Source: Lama guanicoe
Taxonomy: Eukaryota
DNA: 64,000 bases
Reading direction: 5' to 3'
Assembly (NCBI GenBank): GCA_013239625.1
Contig: MU053594.1
Coordinates: forward strand, 274,355-338,354
In this document: positions 1-12,400 of the stretch, one piece after another
Layout: each line of letters begins with the position of its first letter
Position numbering within the stretch: position 1 is the first letter of the stretch
The notes under the pieces: model-generated
What the model saw: the letters and a program-made list of their open reading frames with translations, nothing else
Database searches by the model: none
What the model was told of the DNA's origin: nothing
Translations under genes and position numbers: made by a program

Positions 1-388
1 GTCATTCTAAGTGAAGTAAGCCAGAAAGAGAAAGAAAAATACCATATGAGATCGCTCATATGTGGAATCTAAAAAACAAAAACAAAAACAAAGCATAAAT
101 ACAGGACAGAAATAGACTCATGGACAGAGAATACAGACTTGTGGTTACCAGGGGGGTAGAGGGTGGGAAGGGATAGACTGGGATTTCAAAATTGTAGAAT
201 AGATAAACAAGATTACACTGTATAGTACAGGGAAATATACACAAAATGTTATGATAAATCACAGAGAAAAAAATGTGACCATGAGTGTGTATATGTCCAT
301 GAATGACTGAAAAATTGTGCTGAACACTGGAATTTGACACAACATTGTAAAATGATTATAAATCAATAAAAAATGGAAAAAAAATAAA
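1..388 (+). mobile_element. LINE-1 3' end (young lineage-specific subfamily) with A-rich tail
   Basis: ctaagtgaagtaagccag...tgtggaatct...gacacaacattgtaaaatgattataaatcaataaaaaa, typical L1 ORF2 end and 3'UTR. Confidence 0.85.
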
Positions 389-744
389 GATCTTGAGACA
401 GGGCGGTTATTCTGGATCCTCTGGGTGGGCCCACTGTATTCACAACGGTGTCTATAAGGGAAAGAGGGAGGCAGAAGAGTAAAAGAAGGTGGTGTGACAA
501 GACAGAGACACCTGAAACATATGCCACTCCTGGCTTTGAAGATGGGGAAAGGGGCTGCGTGCCGAGGACTACAGGTAGCCTCTAGAATCTCGAAAAGGCA
601 GGGCAGTAGATTCTCCCCCAGAGCTTCCAGAAAGAACACAGCCCTGCCAGTCCATCGTGGACTACTGACCTCCAGAACTGTAAGACGACAAATTTGTGTT
701 TTTTGGTTGGTAATTCATTACAAAATCAGCAGAGAATGAATACA
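389..744 (+). mobile_element. MaLR LTR (MLT1D-like), partial
   Basis: gattctccccagagcttccagaaagaacacagccctgcc...tgacctccagaactgtaaga...aataca. Confidence 0.8.
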
Positions 745-3700
745 CAACAGCTAGCATGTGAAACAGCACAGTTACGGATGTTGCCCTGGGAGGGGTAAAG
801 AAATCACATCATTAACCCTATTTGGGATCAACATCATCCCTTCAGTCCCTCCCCCTCCCTCAGAGCCACTGGGAGAATGATTCTGAGGGTCCCACCTTCC
901 CATCTAACTACTGTCCCTCACCAGCCCCCACACATAACTGCCCAGCACCTGCTCTGGGCAGCACCTTACTCACTCTTCTTTTCCCAGGACCACTGAGGAC
1001 CATCTCATAGCCAGTGTGGGACGGGCTGGAGTTGGGGCCCCAGAGACGTGGGCAGGAGGAAAAGACGGAGAGTCCTCCATGGACCTGTGTATGTATGGGT
1101 TTGGGGTAAAACATCTTCACCATCAGGTATCAATATTTTCATCCCATAAACAAAGAGAGAAAAAGAAACTAAGTGTGCAGCTTAGTGTGGGGTCCCGACC
1201 TGAGCACATAAGCAAGCGGAGCCATCGCTCAGCGATCAGTCCTGGCATGGTCATAAGATGGGGAGGAGGCAGGGGGCCAGCCTCTGCCCAGAGCATCAGA
1301 ACGGGGCGCCAAGCACTCTGGAACATGATCCTCGGTGCTGGCCACAAGGAAGGGGGTGGCCTTGAAAAGGGGGAACTCAGAGGCTCCTAGGGAGGGATGG
1401 GAGCATTTTAGGGGGGGTGGGGTAAAGAACGGGGCAAGAAGTGTTTCATAGTCCCCTCCATAGAACTTCTGGGCTTTGCTGCCACCTTGTGGAAAGAATT
1501 TAGAAGGACAGGGTTGTGGCTGCCCTTGGCCAAAGCTGGACATCTCATTCCCCGCCTTAGGATTGTACTTGAGAGAGTCCAGGCACTTGGAAGTGAATCC
1601 TAGGGGCTCCCATAGTCCTGGATGGTCATACTCATAATGTGTCCCTTTGCCAAGAGTTTAGTTCTCTTTGCAGATAGGAATACAGGAGATGGAATTGAAG
1701 AGGAGAGACCCAGCCAGGATCAGGATAGTTCACTCAAGCTGTCCCCAGTATCCACACGCTTTCCCAGAGGAGGAACTCAAAGCTGCGGTTTCAGGGAAGA
1801 ACGCTGTACAAAGGAGCCTGGGAATATGCAGGGGCGAGACAGAGCAGGGAGCTACAGGAGAAAAAGGGATATGGATGTGCGGGAAGTAGAGACAGGAACT
1901 TTAGCCCCCACTGGCCTGATGGTGAGTGACCAGCTCACCTCACCGTGCCTATCTCTGAAACGGGGACAAGGAAATGGGGGAAGTCCTCACCCATTCAGAA
2001 TGTGAAGTGAGCAGACAGAGGGAGGGCTGGTATGCCACCGACCCTAGACATCCCTCTACTCTGGCCTCAAGACTTCTCTGGGCTTTGGCTCCATGCTGGG
2101 AGCCTGGTGCCCCACACCTGTGGGCAGGTACAAATGTGAGACCCATTCAAAGGATGAGAAGATTGAGACACAGAAGAGTTAATGGCCTGTCCAAGGTTTC
2201 ACAGCTAGCATGTGATGGGGCCAAACTTTAAATTTGGGGTAGCCTACTCTGCACAGTGCTCTCACAAATGTGTGGCGACAGGAGTAGGCATGACCAAGCT
2301 CTGGTGTCCTAGCTCGGGCTCCCTCCCAGCATGAGCTTGGGCAGTGGAACCTGAGGCAGGTCCTCTCCCTGGTCGGCCCCTTCCCGAGCTAGAGGTCTAG
2401 ATAAACCTAGATAAAGGTCTCTCTTTAAAGGCTTCTAGGAAATGAGGTTCCATTCCTTTCCGCTCAGACTCCCAGTCTAATTCATGTCGGGAATGTGGCG
2501 ATCGGGATGTTCTCCCTGCAGTCTAACCTCCACCCCTCCTCCTGCAAGTCAAGCTCAGATATAAGTTCCCAGCTAGGAGAGAGAGAGCGAGGATGGGGAG
2601 CAGGCTTCTGTTTCAGAGAGGGGTATTTTTCGTCTCTACAACTGGGGTTTAATTCGCTAACTGTGACAGTAGGGGCTGGCCAGTCACAGGCCTTAATGGG
2701 AGAGTTTAAATTATAGAGAACCAAGTTAGAGGAAAGAAGGGGAAAAAAACTCAGCAAAACCCACCCAACTCCCAGCCACTGGAACTGCAGCTGATGGGTA
2801 ATTATCTGCTGTCTGCGTGCACTGTTAGGGCTCCGGACCCTGTCTGCTCAGGGCCGACAGCGCGGCCGGGGGAGCAGGCCTTTGAGTTGGTGTCAGGTCA
2901 GGACAATGGTGAGGGGCCCTGCCAGACCCTTCCCGACTTCTTCCCCCCTTTTCCACCCCTCTGCGCACCTCCAATCAGGGGAGGAGCTGCCCTCTCTTGC
3001 CCACGCCCCTCCCCAAACACTCAGAAGAGAGAGGGAATGATTAGCATGGAGTATTGTCCCCAGATAATGGGCCCCAGCTGCCGTTTGAAAGAAGCGACAA
3101 AGCAAGCGCGGGCATTATCCCCTCGTTAAATCTCTGTTATTAGATTAGATTCCAAACGTATTGATTCCGAGGCTAGGGGGAAGGGAGAGAGGGAAGAGAA
3201 TCTGGCTCGTGAGTGCTGGACCCCACTCTCCACAGGCTCGCCCTCTCCCCGCTTCACCCCACCAGGCAGCTTTCCCTCTTTCCTGGTCTCTCAGGGACAT
3301 CTCCCCTCTGCCAGTATCCAGACTCTGAGCTCAGCTACTCCCCCTGCCCTCTCTCCTGAGAGCTGTCGAATGTCCACTCCTGTGAGGGGCCCAGGGGTCA
3401 TTGAGCACAGATGGCTGTCACCCAGGAGAGGAGGCTGCCTCCCAGATGTGATGGTGGCAGTGTAGCTGGCTGGCTCTGCAGCTTGGAGCATCCTAGAGGG
3501 CTGGGGGGTCCAGGCTGGGCACTTTCGAGACCTTTAAGGGAATCTTTTGAGTAGAAATGGTGGGTTTGGAAAGCGGGGTGGCTGGGAAAGGAGGCGAGAA
3601 CTGGGACTGTATGCAGGTGAGAGGAGAAGGCTGCAGGGGAGGAGTGGAGATGAGACAGAGAACTGGGAAGCTTCTCAGAAATACTTATAAAGACATGGGT

Positions 3701-5248
3701 GGTTTCTGGCTTTCTTTCACTGCTTAGGATAGAAGGTGAGGGGTGGAACTAAAGTGGCAGGAGAAAGGGAGAGATAACAGGTGGGAGGGAGAATTGGGGT
3801 GTTCTTACATCCCAGACAGAGTAAAGGTCTCCTCGGGAGGAGACCAAGATCAATACTGATGGACAAGAGTTAGTACCCTGGGGGATTCTCCGGCCCTGGG
3901 CCTCAGTTTCCCATCCCAGGGCAGCACAGCCTGGAGGCTGGATCGATGAGCTGATTGGCTGTGGCTAGTGGAGCAGAAGATGTTACACGTGGCGGCTCAT
4001 TCTCGAGGTGGTTAATTGGCTGCCTCAATGCTGGGCTCTGTTGCCCCATTGATTGTGGGCAAAGAGAGGGGAGGGGGAGATGGGGAATCAATAGGTTGAT
4101 TAGTGTCTTACTAGCTCTTTGGTTGGACACTTTGTCAATAGCCACCCACTTACTGATCAGTGGTGCATTGACAGTGCCAGGCTGTCCAACTCTCTCTCTG
4201 TCTCTCTCTCTGGCCTAAGACACGAGAATCATCCAGCAGCAAGGCTGGCCCGGCAAGCCCAGGGGGAGTGGGGCAGCTTTCAGCCCAAGACCAGGTTCCC
4301 AAGTATGGGCTGTCAGGATCCTCCTGAGAGAGTCAGGCTGAACCGTGCTCAGCCTTAGGCCACTCTCTGCTCAGCGGGAGAGACAACTGTGGATGGAGGG
4401 CCAGTCTCCAGCCCCACAGTCTCCTGCTTTTTGCTGGGGAAACCCTGAAACCTACCTATGAACAAAACAAAGTAAAATCCTTAACTATTATCAAAAGCTC
4501 ATACACCTGGGATGGAAGTAACAGATGAAACCTCATTCCAGCTCATCTTAGGGACCAGCAGCTGGTTAGGCAATATTCAATGAGTTCTTTCTGCCTGCTG
4601 GGGAGGCTGGGGTGAGAAGCTCAGAGAAGCTAAACCAGACAAATCGGCTTCCTCAGGCTCTAGGCTTTTTCAGACACGAAGCTTTCAAGGGCCCAAGGTT
4701 CTGCCCTCCATCCGGCCTCTGATGGTCTACAAACTAGAGCTGCAGTGTTTGGGGTCAAGGGAAGGTCTAGGTTCAGGTATTCCGTGCTGAATCCCTTACA
4801 ATTAGCCAGCCTGGAACAACTCATCCCAGATATTCAGGGGTGGGGTGGGGGGGGTCCTTTTCTTTTAGCCTGGCAGACTCCAGTCCCTGAGAGACAGGCA
4901 GCCCAGGACAGGGAGAGGAATAAGGCTGGAGCGAGCAAAGGAGAACCGGGGAAAGCCTCAGGCAAACATGGTGGACACTGAGCCATCATTCTCGGTGGTT
5001 TCTGGCGTTCCTTTCCTCTGAGCGCTTGTTAGGTGGGTGGAGCGGTAGAGTTGCTATGCTCCTTAGCATGTCTTAAAGCCTGCTGAGTGGAGAGGGGCCC
5101 AGATAAGAAAAGTAAGATCGATGCTCCAAACTTTGCTTCCCTCGTGGTCCTGCTTTCTGGTAGATGTGCCAGGGGCCGGCTGCTGAGAGTTCCCTAAGGA
5201 GACGAACTCAAGACTTGGCGTTCTCTGCTTTCAAACACCAAACCAGCT

Positions 5249-5269
5249 GGCGCTGGCCGTGGTGCTGAT
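5249..5269 (-). promoter_or_regulatory. RE1/NRSE (REST binding site)
   Basis: ATCAGCACCACGGCCAGCGCC matches consensus TTCAGCACCACGGACAGCGCC at 19/21 positions. Confidence 0.75.
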
Positions 5270-5620
5270 TCCTCACCGACTCCCAGCTTCACCAAGAGAC
5301 TGGGAGCCCAGAATGATAACAGATCTGTGTACACCCTTCTAGCATCCTTCCAAGGGTCACAGAGCTGAGCCTCCTCCTCCCCACCTCCCCACTGCTAAGT
5401 GTTCATGGTCCTGACCCTCACACCTCGAATCCCACCTCCCGTTCTTCAGAAGAGCCACCGTTTGGTCACCTCTGAATTCCATGGGGAGGAAATCACCAAA
5501 CATCTGAAACTACAGATAATTCTCCAACCTCATTTTCACCAGTAACTTCAAACCTCATCTTCCACCACCCAACTGCAGACAAATAAATGGTCAAGAAGAG
5601 AGTTTAGGGCTTCATCGCTT

Positions 5621-5626
5621 TTTATT
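5621..5626 (-). terminator. Candidate HTR3A polyadenylation signal AATAAA
   Basis: tttatt on the + strand about 500 nt past the stop codon. Confidence 0.65.
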
Positions 5627-6130
5627 ACCCAACCCCCCCCGCCCCCATCTAAAGTGTGTTCAGGGAAGTAGCCACAGGTGAAGTGAACAGGGAGACATTA
5701 AGGATGGATAAACCCAATCCAGAGTTATCAGGCCTGTGCAGTAGAGAGCTGGTTTACCTTCCATCTAAAAACAAGGCTGAGGGAGTAAGCAGAATTCTAG
5801 AGTGACTTATTCAGGGAAGCGCCAATGGGGAAACTGAGGCTTGATTGCTTAGGTAGTGAAGTCAGGGCATGCTTGGGTTGCTCTTGATCTAAGACAGCAT
5901 GTTTTAAAGTTGTAATGGGCAAGTACGGGAGTGGAGGAGGATGTAAGGACCAAGGTTTTGGGGAAGAGTTGAGGCCCTGGTTTGGGATTGCTGAGATGAA
6001 CTGGCAAGGGAAACAGCTGGGGAACTGTGTATGTGTCTTGAGAAGGTCCCTGGCATCCCCTGAGCCCTGAAAGTCCCCCATCCCCGTCCTAACCAATGCT
6101 GTTACCCACCCCCTGCTGGGCTGTGCCCAC

Positions 6131-6429
6131 TCAGGAGTACTGCCAGATGGACCAGAGCGTGACCAGGGTGACACTGTAGGCCAGCACTGCCAGCAGGTAG
6201 ATGCGGAAGAGCAGCTTGTCCAGCACAGAGCCCACGCGCAGCCAGTCCCGGGCCACCTCTCGGCTCTCGTCCCGCTTCTCCAGGAAGTGCCGGATGGAGG
6301 TCAGCTCCTGCAGCAGCCCACGCATCGCCAGGGAGGCCTCCCGAGGTGGCGGGGGAGGGCTGCCTCTGCCCCTCGGGGTCTTCTCCAAGTCCTGGGTTCC
6401 CCCCAAATGGCTGCAGTGGTTTCCTATGT
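6131..6429 (-). CDS. HTR3A: HTR3A exon 9 coding part (MA helix, M4, stop)
   Basis: DIGNHCSH...LEKRDESREVARDWLRVGSVLDKLLF...WQYS-TGA; 299 nt; acceptor ctttcttctAG. Confidence 0.97.
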
Positions 6430-9400
6430 CTAGAAGAAAGGCAGAGTGTTGGCAACGGAGGGAGGCCCAGCACGATTGCCTGAACACTGGCCCTTATGTT
6501 TCTGTGGCCTCAGGAATGTTTCTTACATGCAATTTTAGGCCTAAAGAGTACAGAGAATAACTTAACGTGTTTGACTCAACTTAAGCAAATAAAGAAAGCC
6601 CATACGGTTGAAGGTCCCTGTGGACCCCTCCCCACGTCACCAAGATCATGAATTTGATGTTTACCCTTCCCATGCATTTTTTTAAACCCATGGGCTTGCT
6701 CCAGCGATGCGATATTCATTATTTCATTTGAGCCTCCCAGTGGCCCCACAGAGAGGCAGAGTAAGCGTGGTTACTGTCCACACTCTTCATATGAAGATGC
6801 TAAAGCTCAGAGAAGTTAAGTGACTAACCTGGGGTGACACAGCTAATGGTGAGGCCACCAAAGTCCAGTATCAGACTCCAAATCCGCTGCTCTGTCCACT
6901 ACATCATATTAACCTCACTGCCTCCCCTTCGTGACTGTGAGTCCTTCTGGACCAGAAAACACACCTCGAGATCACTACCTTCACCGAGTGTGCAGTGGGA
7001 TTGGGTATTAGGACGCATGATGAGGTGGTCTTAGGTCAACCAAAAGTCTTCTGTAAAAGGCCTGGCCCCAGCCAGGAGGAGGACACAGAGGAATGGAGTA
7101 AGGTGGCGGGTTTAAAACACCAGCTTAGAGTCAGATGGGCCTGGGTTCAAATCATGGTTTCACTAGGTCCTGGCTCCATGATGTAGGGCAAGCTGTTTGG
7201 CCTCTGCCTCTGTTTGCTCGTTTGAAAAATGAGAATGGGAATCCTGTTGGGTTGCCATGAGGATCACCTGTGATAATGCACATTTTTCACCTGATAAAGT
7301 AATCAAGAAATAAACCAGCAAACTAACAATGCTGATAGATTCCGCAGGGGCATGAGGAATTTGGTGTCCCTCTGTGCCCTCTCTGCCTCATAGGTGTTTG
7401 AAATTCAAAAGGACCCTGTCTTTGGCTGATTCCAAGGAGAGAGTGATAGGAACCCGGCTGCAGTAAAGAACTGCGTGGTGCGTGGGCATAGTTGTCCTAT
7501 TAACTGCATCCATTTGATCTACCTTGGGGTCTGTCTCAGGAAAGGCCACTCCGAGCCCAGAGGTTTCAGCTCCTAACATGCTTAGCTCTGGGATGCCTAA
7601 CTCGTCTCTGTCCCCATCTGGGCTGATGAGCAGATGCAAAGGTGAGGAAAGGGCTGATTGATGCCTTTGGCTGAAGTCTGCCGTGGGCACTGTGTGCAGG
7701 ACGGTACCCAGTTCCCAGGCCCGGCCCAGGATCTCTGGCCGGGCATGCCCTCTGGAGACTCCCCACCATGTCCCTGCCTCCAGGCCAGAGGGGGCCCTCC
7801 ACGTGGGACTCTTCTAGTCACACTCTCACCTGAGCAGTCATCCATCTTGGCGGCTTGGGAGGGGGCTGGGGGCCTCCGGGAAGCTGACTGCTCCCCTAGG
7901 CAAAGGAGCAGGGTGATCCTCTCCAGAACCAGGTGCCGAAGCCAGGCGGGCACCGGCCGCTGCAGGTCTTGCTTGTGCACAAGGCGCACGATGAGGATGG
8001 TCTCGGCCAAGCTGATCACCAGGAGAGCCATGCACACGACGAAGTAGACACCTGTGCACCCCGGGGCGGGGTGGGAGTGGGGGACACACACGGGAGGTAG
8101 AGGTAGGGGAGGGCCAGTTCCTCGGCCACACTGAGCTCTTCCCCAGGAGAGGGTCTTACCGATGAGGGGCGTGCCGATGGCCGTGGCCGGCAGCGTGTCG
8201 GACACAATGATTAGGAAGACCGAGTAGCCCAGGAGAAGAGTGATCTTGAAGGAGACCCTCTCACCGCTGTCCGGGGGCAGGTAGAAGCCCACGATGTCCA
8301 TGACCATGAGGAAGATACTGGGCAGCAGCAGGCTGACTGCATAGAATAGGGGCCGCCGGCGGATGACCACCTGGGATGGAGGGAGGAGCTCGGGGAAGCC
8401 TGGGGATGTGAACCCCATCCCAGACCCCCTGCTTCATGGAGCTTTCAGCCTGGATTGCTCGGAGAAGGAGCTGAAAACACCCCACATTCTGCCTCTGGAT
8501 CCAGGCTCCGGGCTGTTCAGGGTAAGTAAGGGGCAATTCAGTTGAATTTCTCCATCTACTTCATTGAGGTTCTGAGGGATGAGTGTGACCCTAGAGTTGA
8601 GAAAAGGGCCACGGAGGTGCCTCCAACATGCCTCCTTAAGTCTATCTGGGTGTGACTTTCTGCATCGTTTTACCCACATCCGCCCCCACGCCCACCCCAC
8701 TCACGTAGAACTTCATTTCCGCATAATGGTGGCTGCTTTCTATGCTGAACTCCTGAAACCGGGTCAGCACCCCCAGCAGCTCCCACTCGCCCTGGTTCAT
8801 GAAGACGCTCCTGTCCGACTTCACGGTTTCCGGCAGCCGCAACAGGGAGATATTGATGTCCTGGACTGAGACGGGAGAAACCAAGCAGCTTTGGAGTCTC
8901 GGCCGGGAGTGTGCCAGACCCTGTGATGGTGGGGCCGCACCCACGTGGCATGGCTCAAGTCTCAGCCCTTAACCTTCAGCCTCAGCTTCCTCTGCTACAA
9001 GATGAGGTGATAGTGCAACCCTGTACCTACCTGTGAGCGGGGCTGCGGTGAGGGAGATGAAGGCTCGGACGGAAACACAGCAACACGCAGAGAACAAGAC
9101 AAACCTTTTATTCGGAAACTCTCTCCTCTCTCTGTATCTGTCTGTCTCTCTGTCTCTCATACAGACACCCACACCCCTTCAAGCACATTTCTAGGTTTCC
9201 TGTTGGACTTTCTCATTTAGGAGGTGAGCGAGAGTCAGCATTCCTCACCTCTGCCTTCAGAGAGCTGCCTGTCTTTAACATTTATTTTTTAATGGAGGTG
9301 CTGGAGATTGAACCCAGTACCTTGTGCATGCTAAGCACAGGAGCTGGGAGGGAGGAGGAGGGGGCAAGGTGGCTTACAAGAGGAAGCTGCAAGTGTATAA

Positions 9401-12400
9401 CAGAAGGAACAAGGAGCATTGGGGTCCAGGGAGGAAGGCAGCTGGGCTGGGAAGCGCATGCCAGGTGAGGCTGGAGTGGTGGCTGTGGGCAGGGCCAGAC
9501 TTTGCAGGGGTCTGTCAGCCAGGTAAGAGATTTGGATTGTGTCTCAGGGGTGCTGGGAAGCCACTGAGGGTTTTAAGCAGAGTGACATGATCAGGTCTGC
9601 ATTTTATGAGATCTCCCAGGCCGCTGTGAGGAGCATGAATTGGAGGGGGACCAGCGGAGTGGCTTTCGCAGCAACGCGGGCAGGAGATGAGGGTGGTTTG
9701 CATCAAGGGGAGGGGCTGTCAGTGGAGAAGTGAGTGGATTTAAAAGACATTTCACGCCAGTCCCCATCTGTGATGTTGGGAAAGAACTGTCCCTGATTGC
9801 GCATCCTGCCATCAGTTCACGCCAGCACATTCAATCCTTAGGACAGCTGAGGGGGGCGGGAAAGGCAACAGTATCAGCGCCGTTTGGAGGATGAGGAAAC
9901 AGAGGCTCAGTAACAGTGACAAATAAGTGGCGAGCAAGCTGGGTGCGGGAGACCGCATCCTAGGGTGTGCTCCTCCCGCAGGCGTCCTGGGGGCCCCCCA
10001 CCCGTGCTCCGCCTCCCGGAGCCCGCAGACTCACTGGTGTGCAGCCAGCTGGTGAAGGTCAGCGAGCAGTTCTGGACGTCGAAGGGGAAGTTGTAGATGT
10101 CGAGGCTACAGGCGGTCACCACCTGGAGGGGCTTGTAGTTCTGGACCTCCCCGTCATGCCGGACGTACACGTACGGGATATATGGAGACTTCCCCACGTC
10201 CACGCTGGCCAGGGAAGAGGGGTCGGTGTGGGGCAGGCTCAAGAAGCAGGTCAAGCCCTGGGAATCTGAAGGTCTCTGAGCAGCTCAGCAGGGAAAGAAA
10301 TGCAGGGGGTTCCAGGCAGCAGGGCAGCCTGGCAGTTTAGTCTGGCCTTCGTTTTCCCAAGCTTCTTATCTACCTCCTGACCTGCCACTGCCAAGGCCAC
10401 TTTCCAAATAGTAAAGGTCATTTCTCCTTTATTCCCCTGGCAGCCTAGCTACAAAGGCAGACCGGGTGCCCTCAGACCCCAAAGCCACGGGCTGTAAGGC
10501 GATTGCCCAGCTGTCCCCATGCACCACCCCTGACCCCGGGCTGGGCAAAGCTCAGGCCCCAGGGTTGCCAGCCTGGTACAGACAGGCTTGGTGGGAAAGC
10601 AGAACCTTGAGAAGTCAAGACGAAGGCTACGTCACTGTTTAAGCTGGAGACCCAGGAAACTGGGGCTCCCCAATCCCTCTAGCCCAAGCAATGCAGGGCT
10701 TGGGGCTCTGGGTCAGCTGTCTCCCCGAATAATGATGCGAGTGGCACCCCCTGAAGCTGGGCGATGCAGTGGGTACTGGGTGGAGGGCAACTGGCCCCCC
10801 CCACCTTCCCCTTCAACCTGCCTGCCCAGCCATCTTCCCAGCCCTCGGATTCAGGAGCCCAGGCGGTGGCGCCTGAAGGATGGGGAAAAGGGAAGTTGGT
10901 CAAAGCCAAATGAGACAGTGTTTGGCTATTGGGAAAAAAAGGCTGATGGGACCCATTTGATATCAGGGGTGCAATCTGTGGCCTGTCAGGCACCTGTGTG
11001 ACTTGAAAGTCTGAGTGTCTCCTGGCCCCAAATCTCCTCTGCGACCAGGAGCAGTCACCACCACTGGCACTTCATTCCTTTCAGTAATATTCCTGCTCCT
11101 TTTAAAACACAGCTGCCCCTCATTAGACTCTCATAAGTCAGTGTGGATTCATTTACTGGCCGCCTTTTCATGGGGAAGAGGGCCCTTGGGCCAAGAAGTA
11201 CAGAGTTTCAACATCAGACATAGAAAAAGAGGAGATTTGTTTGTTTGTTTGTTTTTTAAAGAAAAGGAAAGGAGGAAAAAAAAGACAAAGGGGAATTTGG
11301 GCCCAAGCCAACTTTACCTACAGTTCTGCAGGTCTGGTGGGGCATCTCAGATGCAACAGACACAACTCATTGATGAGAATGTCTGGGACCCAGATGCTGT
11401 CCGTGGGGATGGACAACTTGGTGATGTTGTCAAAGTCCTCAGGGTTCCACTGGAGAAACTCATCAGTCCAGAACTAGGGGAGGAGAAGGTACAGTCACGG
11501 GCAACCCCTTACGTCTTGGGCGGTATGGTCCGCAACTCAGGCCAACTTCACCGCTCGGAACCCCACGCAACAGGTGGGCGTCTTCTTGGGAGAATCTGGG
11601 CGTCAGTGGTACCCAGACCACTCAGTAGTCCCCCCACCTCTGTACTCACACATCCGTGTTCGAACATGACACAAACAGACACAGCCTCTCCCCGGGAAGG
11701 TATTCAGTCTTTTCTAAATGTTATAAATCCACTAGCCACCAACTGAGGGATCTTAGACAAATAGCTTCTTGGGTCTTGATCTGCACATATGCAAATGTAG
11801 CATGCACCTCACAGGGTAGAGATGGTTATTGCTAAATTTTGATCAATGCATCCTGCACTATCCTGCCAGCATGACTGCTCTAAAATGTAAATTTGATCGT
11901 GTCACTCCCTTGCTTAAAATTCTTCATGTGGTGCCCTGTTGCCATCAGGATAACATTAAACCTCACGGGCAAGAAAGGCCTACATATTCTGACCTGCACC
12001 TGTCTCTCTAGCCTCATTTTTCTTGCCGAGCTCTCCGTGCAATCTACCCTCCAGCCACATGAAATTAAACATTGTGGAAACCTCCACATCGCTGCAGACC
12101 CTGCTCCCTCCCCATCCTGCGATCCTGTCTTCTCTATCGAGGTGAATGTTTCTCGTCCTACCAGACTTAGCCAAGGCATTTGTCTGTTTCCTTCTCCAGG
12201 ATCCTTCCATGACCCCCACTTCCCAGGCTGGGTTTTGTGCCTCCTCTGTGCTCCCCTGGAGGCTGGTACCTTACTTTGCTGCATTGGAACAGTTGTCTTG
12301 CTGCTTTGAATTGTGGCTCTTGTGTTGGTGGCCTCCACTAGTCTGTGAGCTCATTGTGGGCAGAGCCTGAGTCTAGTTTGTGTCTCTAATTCTGGTCCCT

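Noticed and set aside
11392..11412. RE1-like sequence in HTR3A exon 4 (TCCATCCCCACGGACAGCATC)
   Set aside because: Five mismatches including the left core; explained by coding constraint
11015..11746. 243-aa + strand ORF
   Set aside because: Antisense shadow of HTR3A exon 4 and flanking intron
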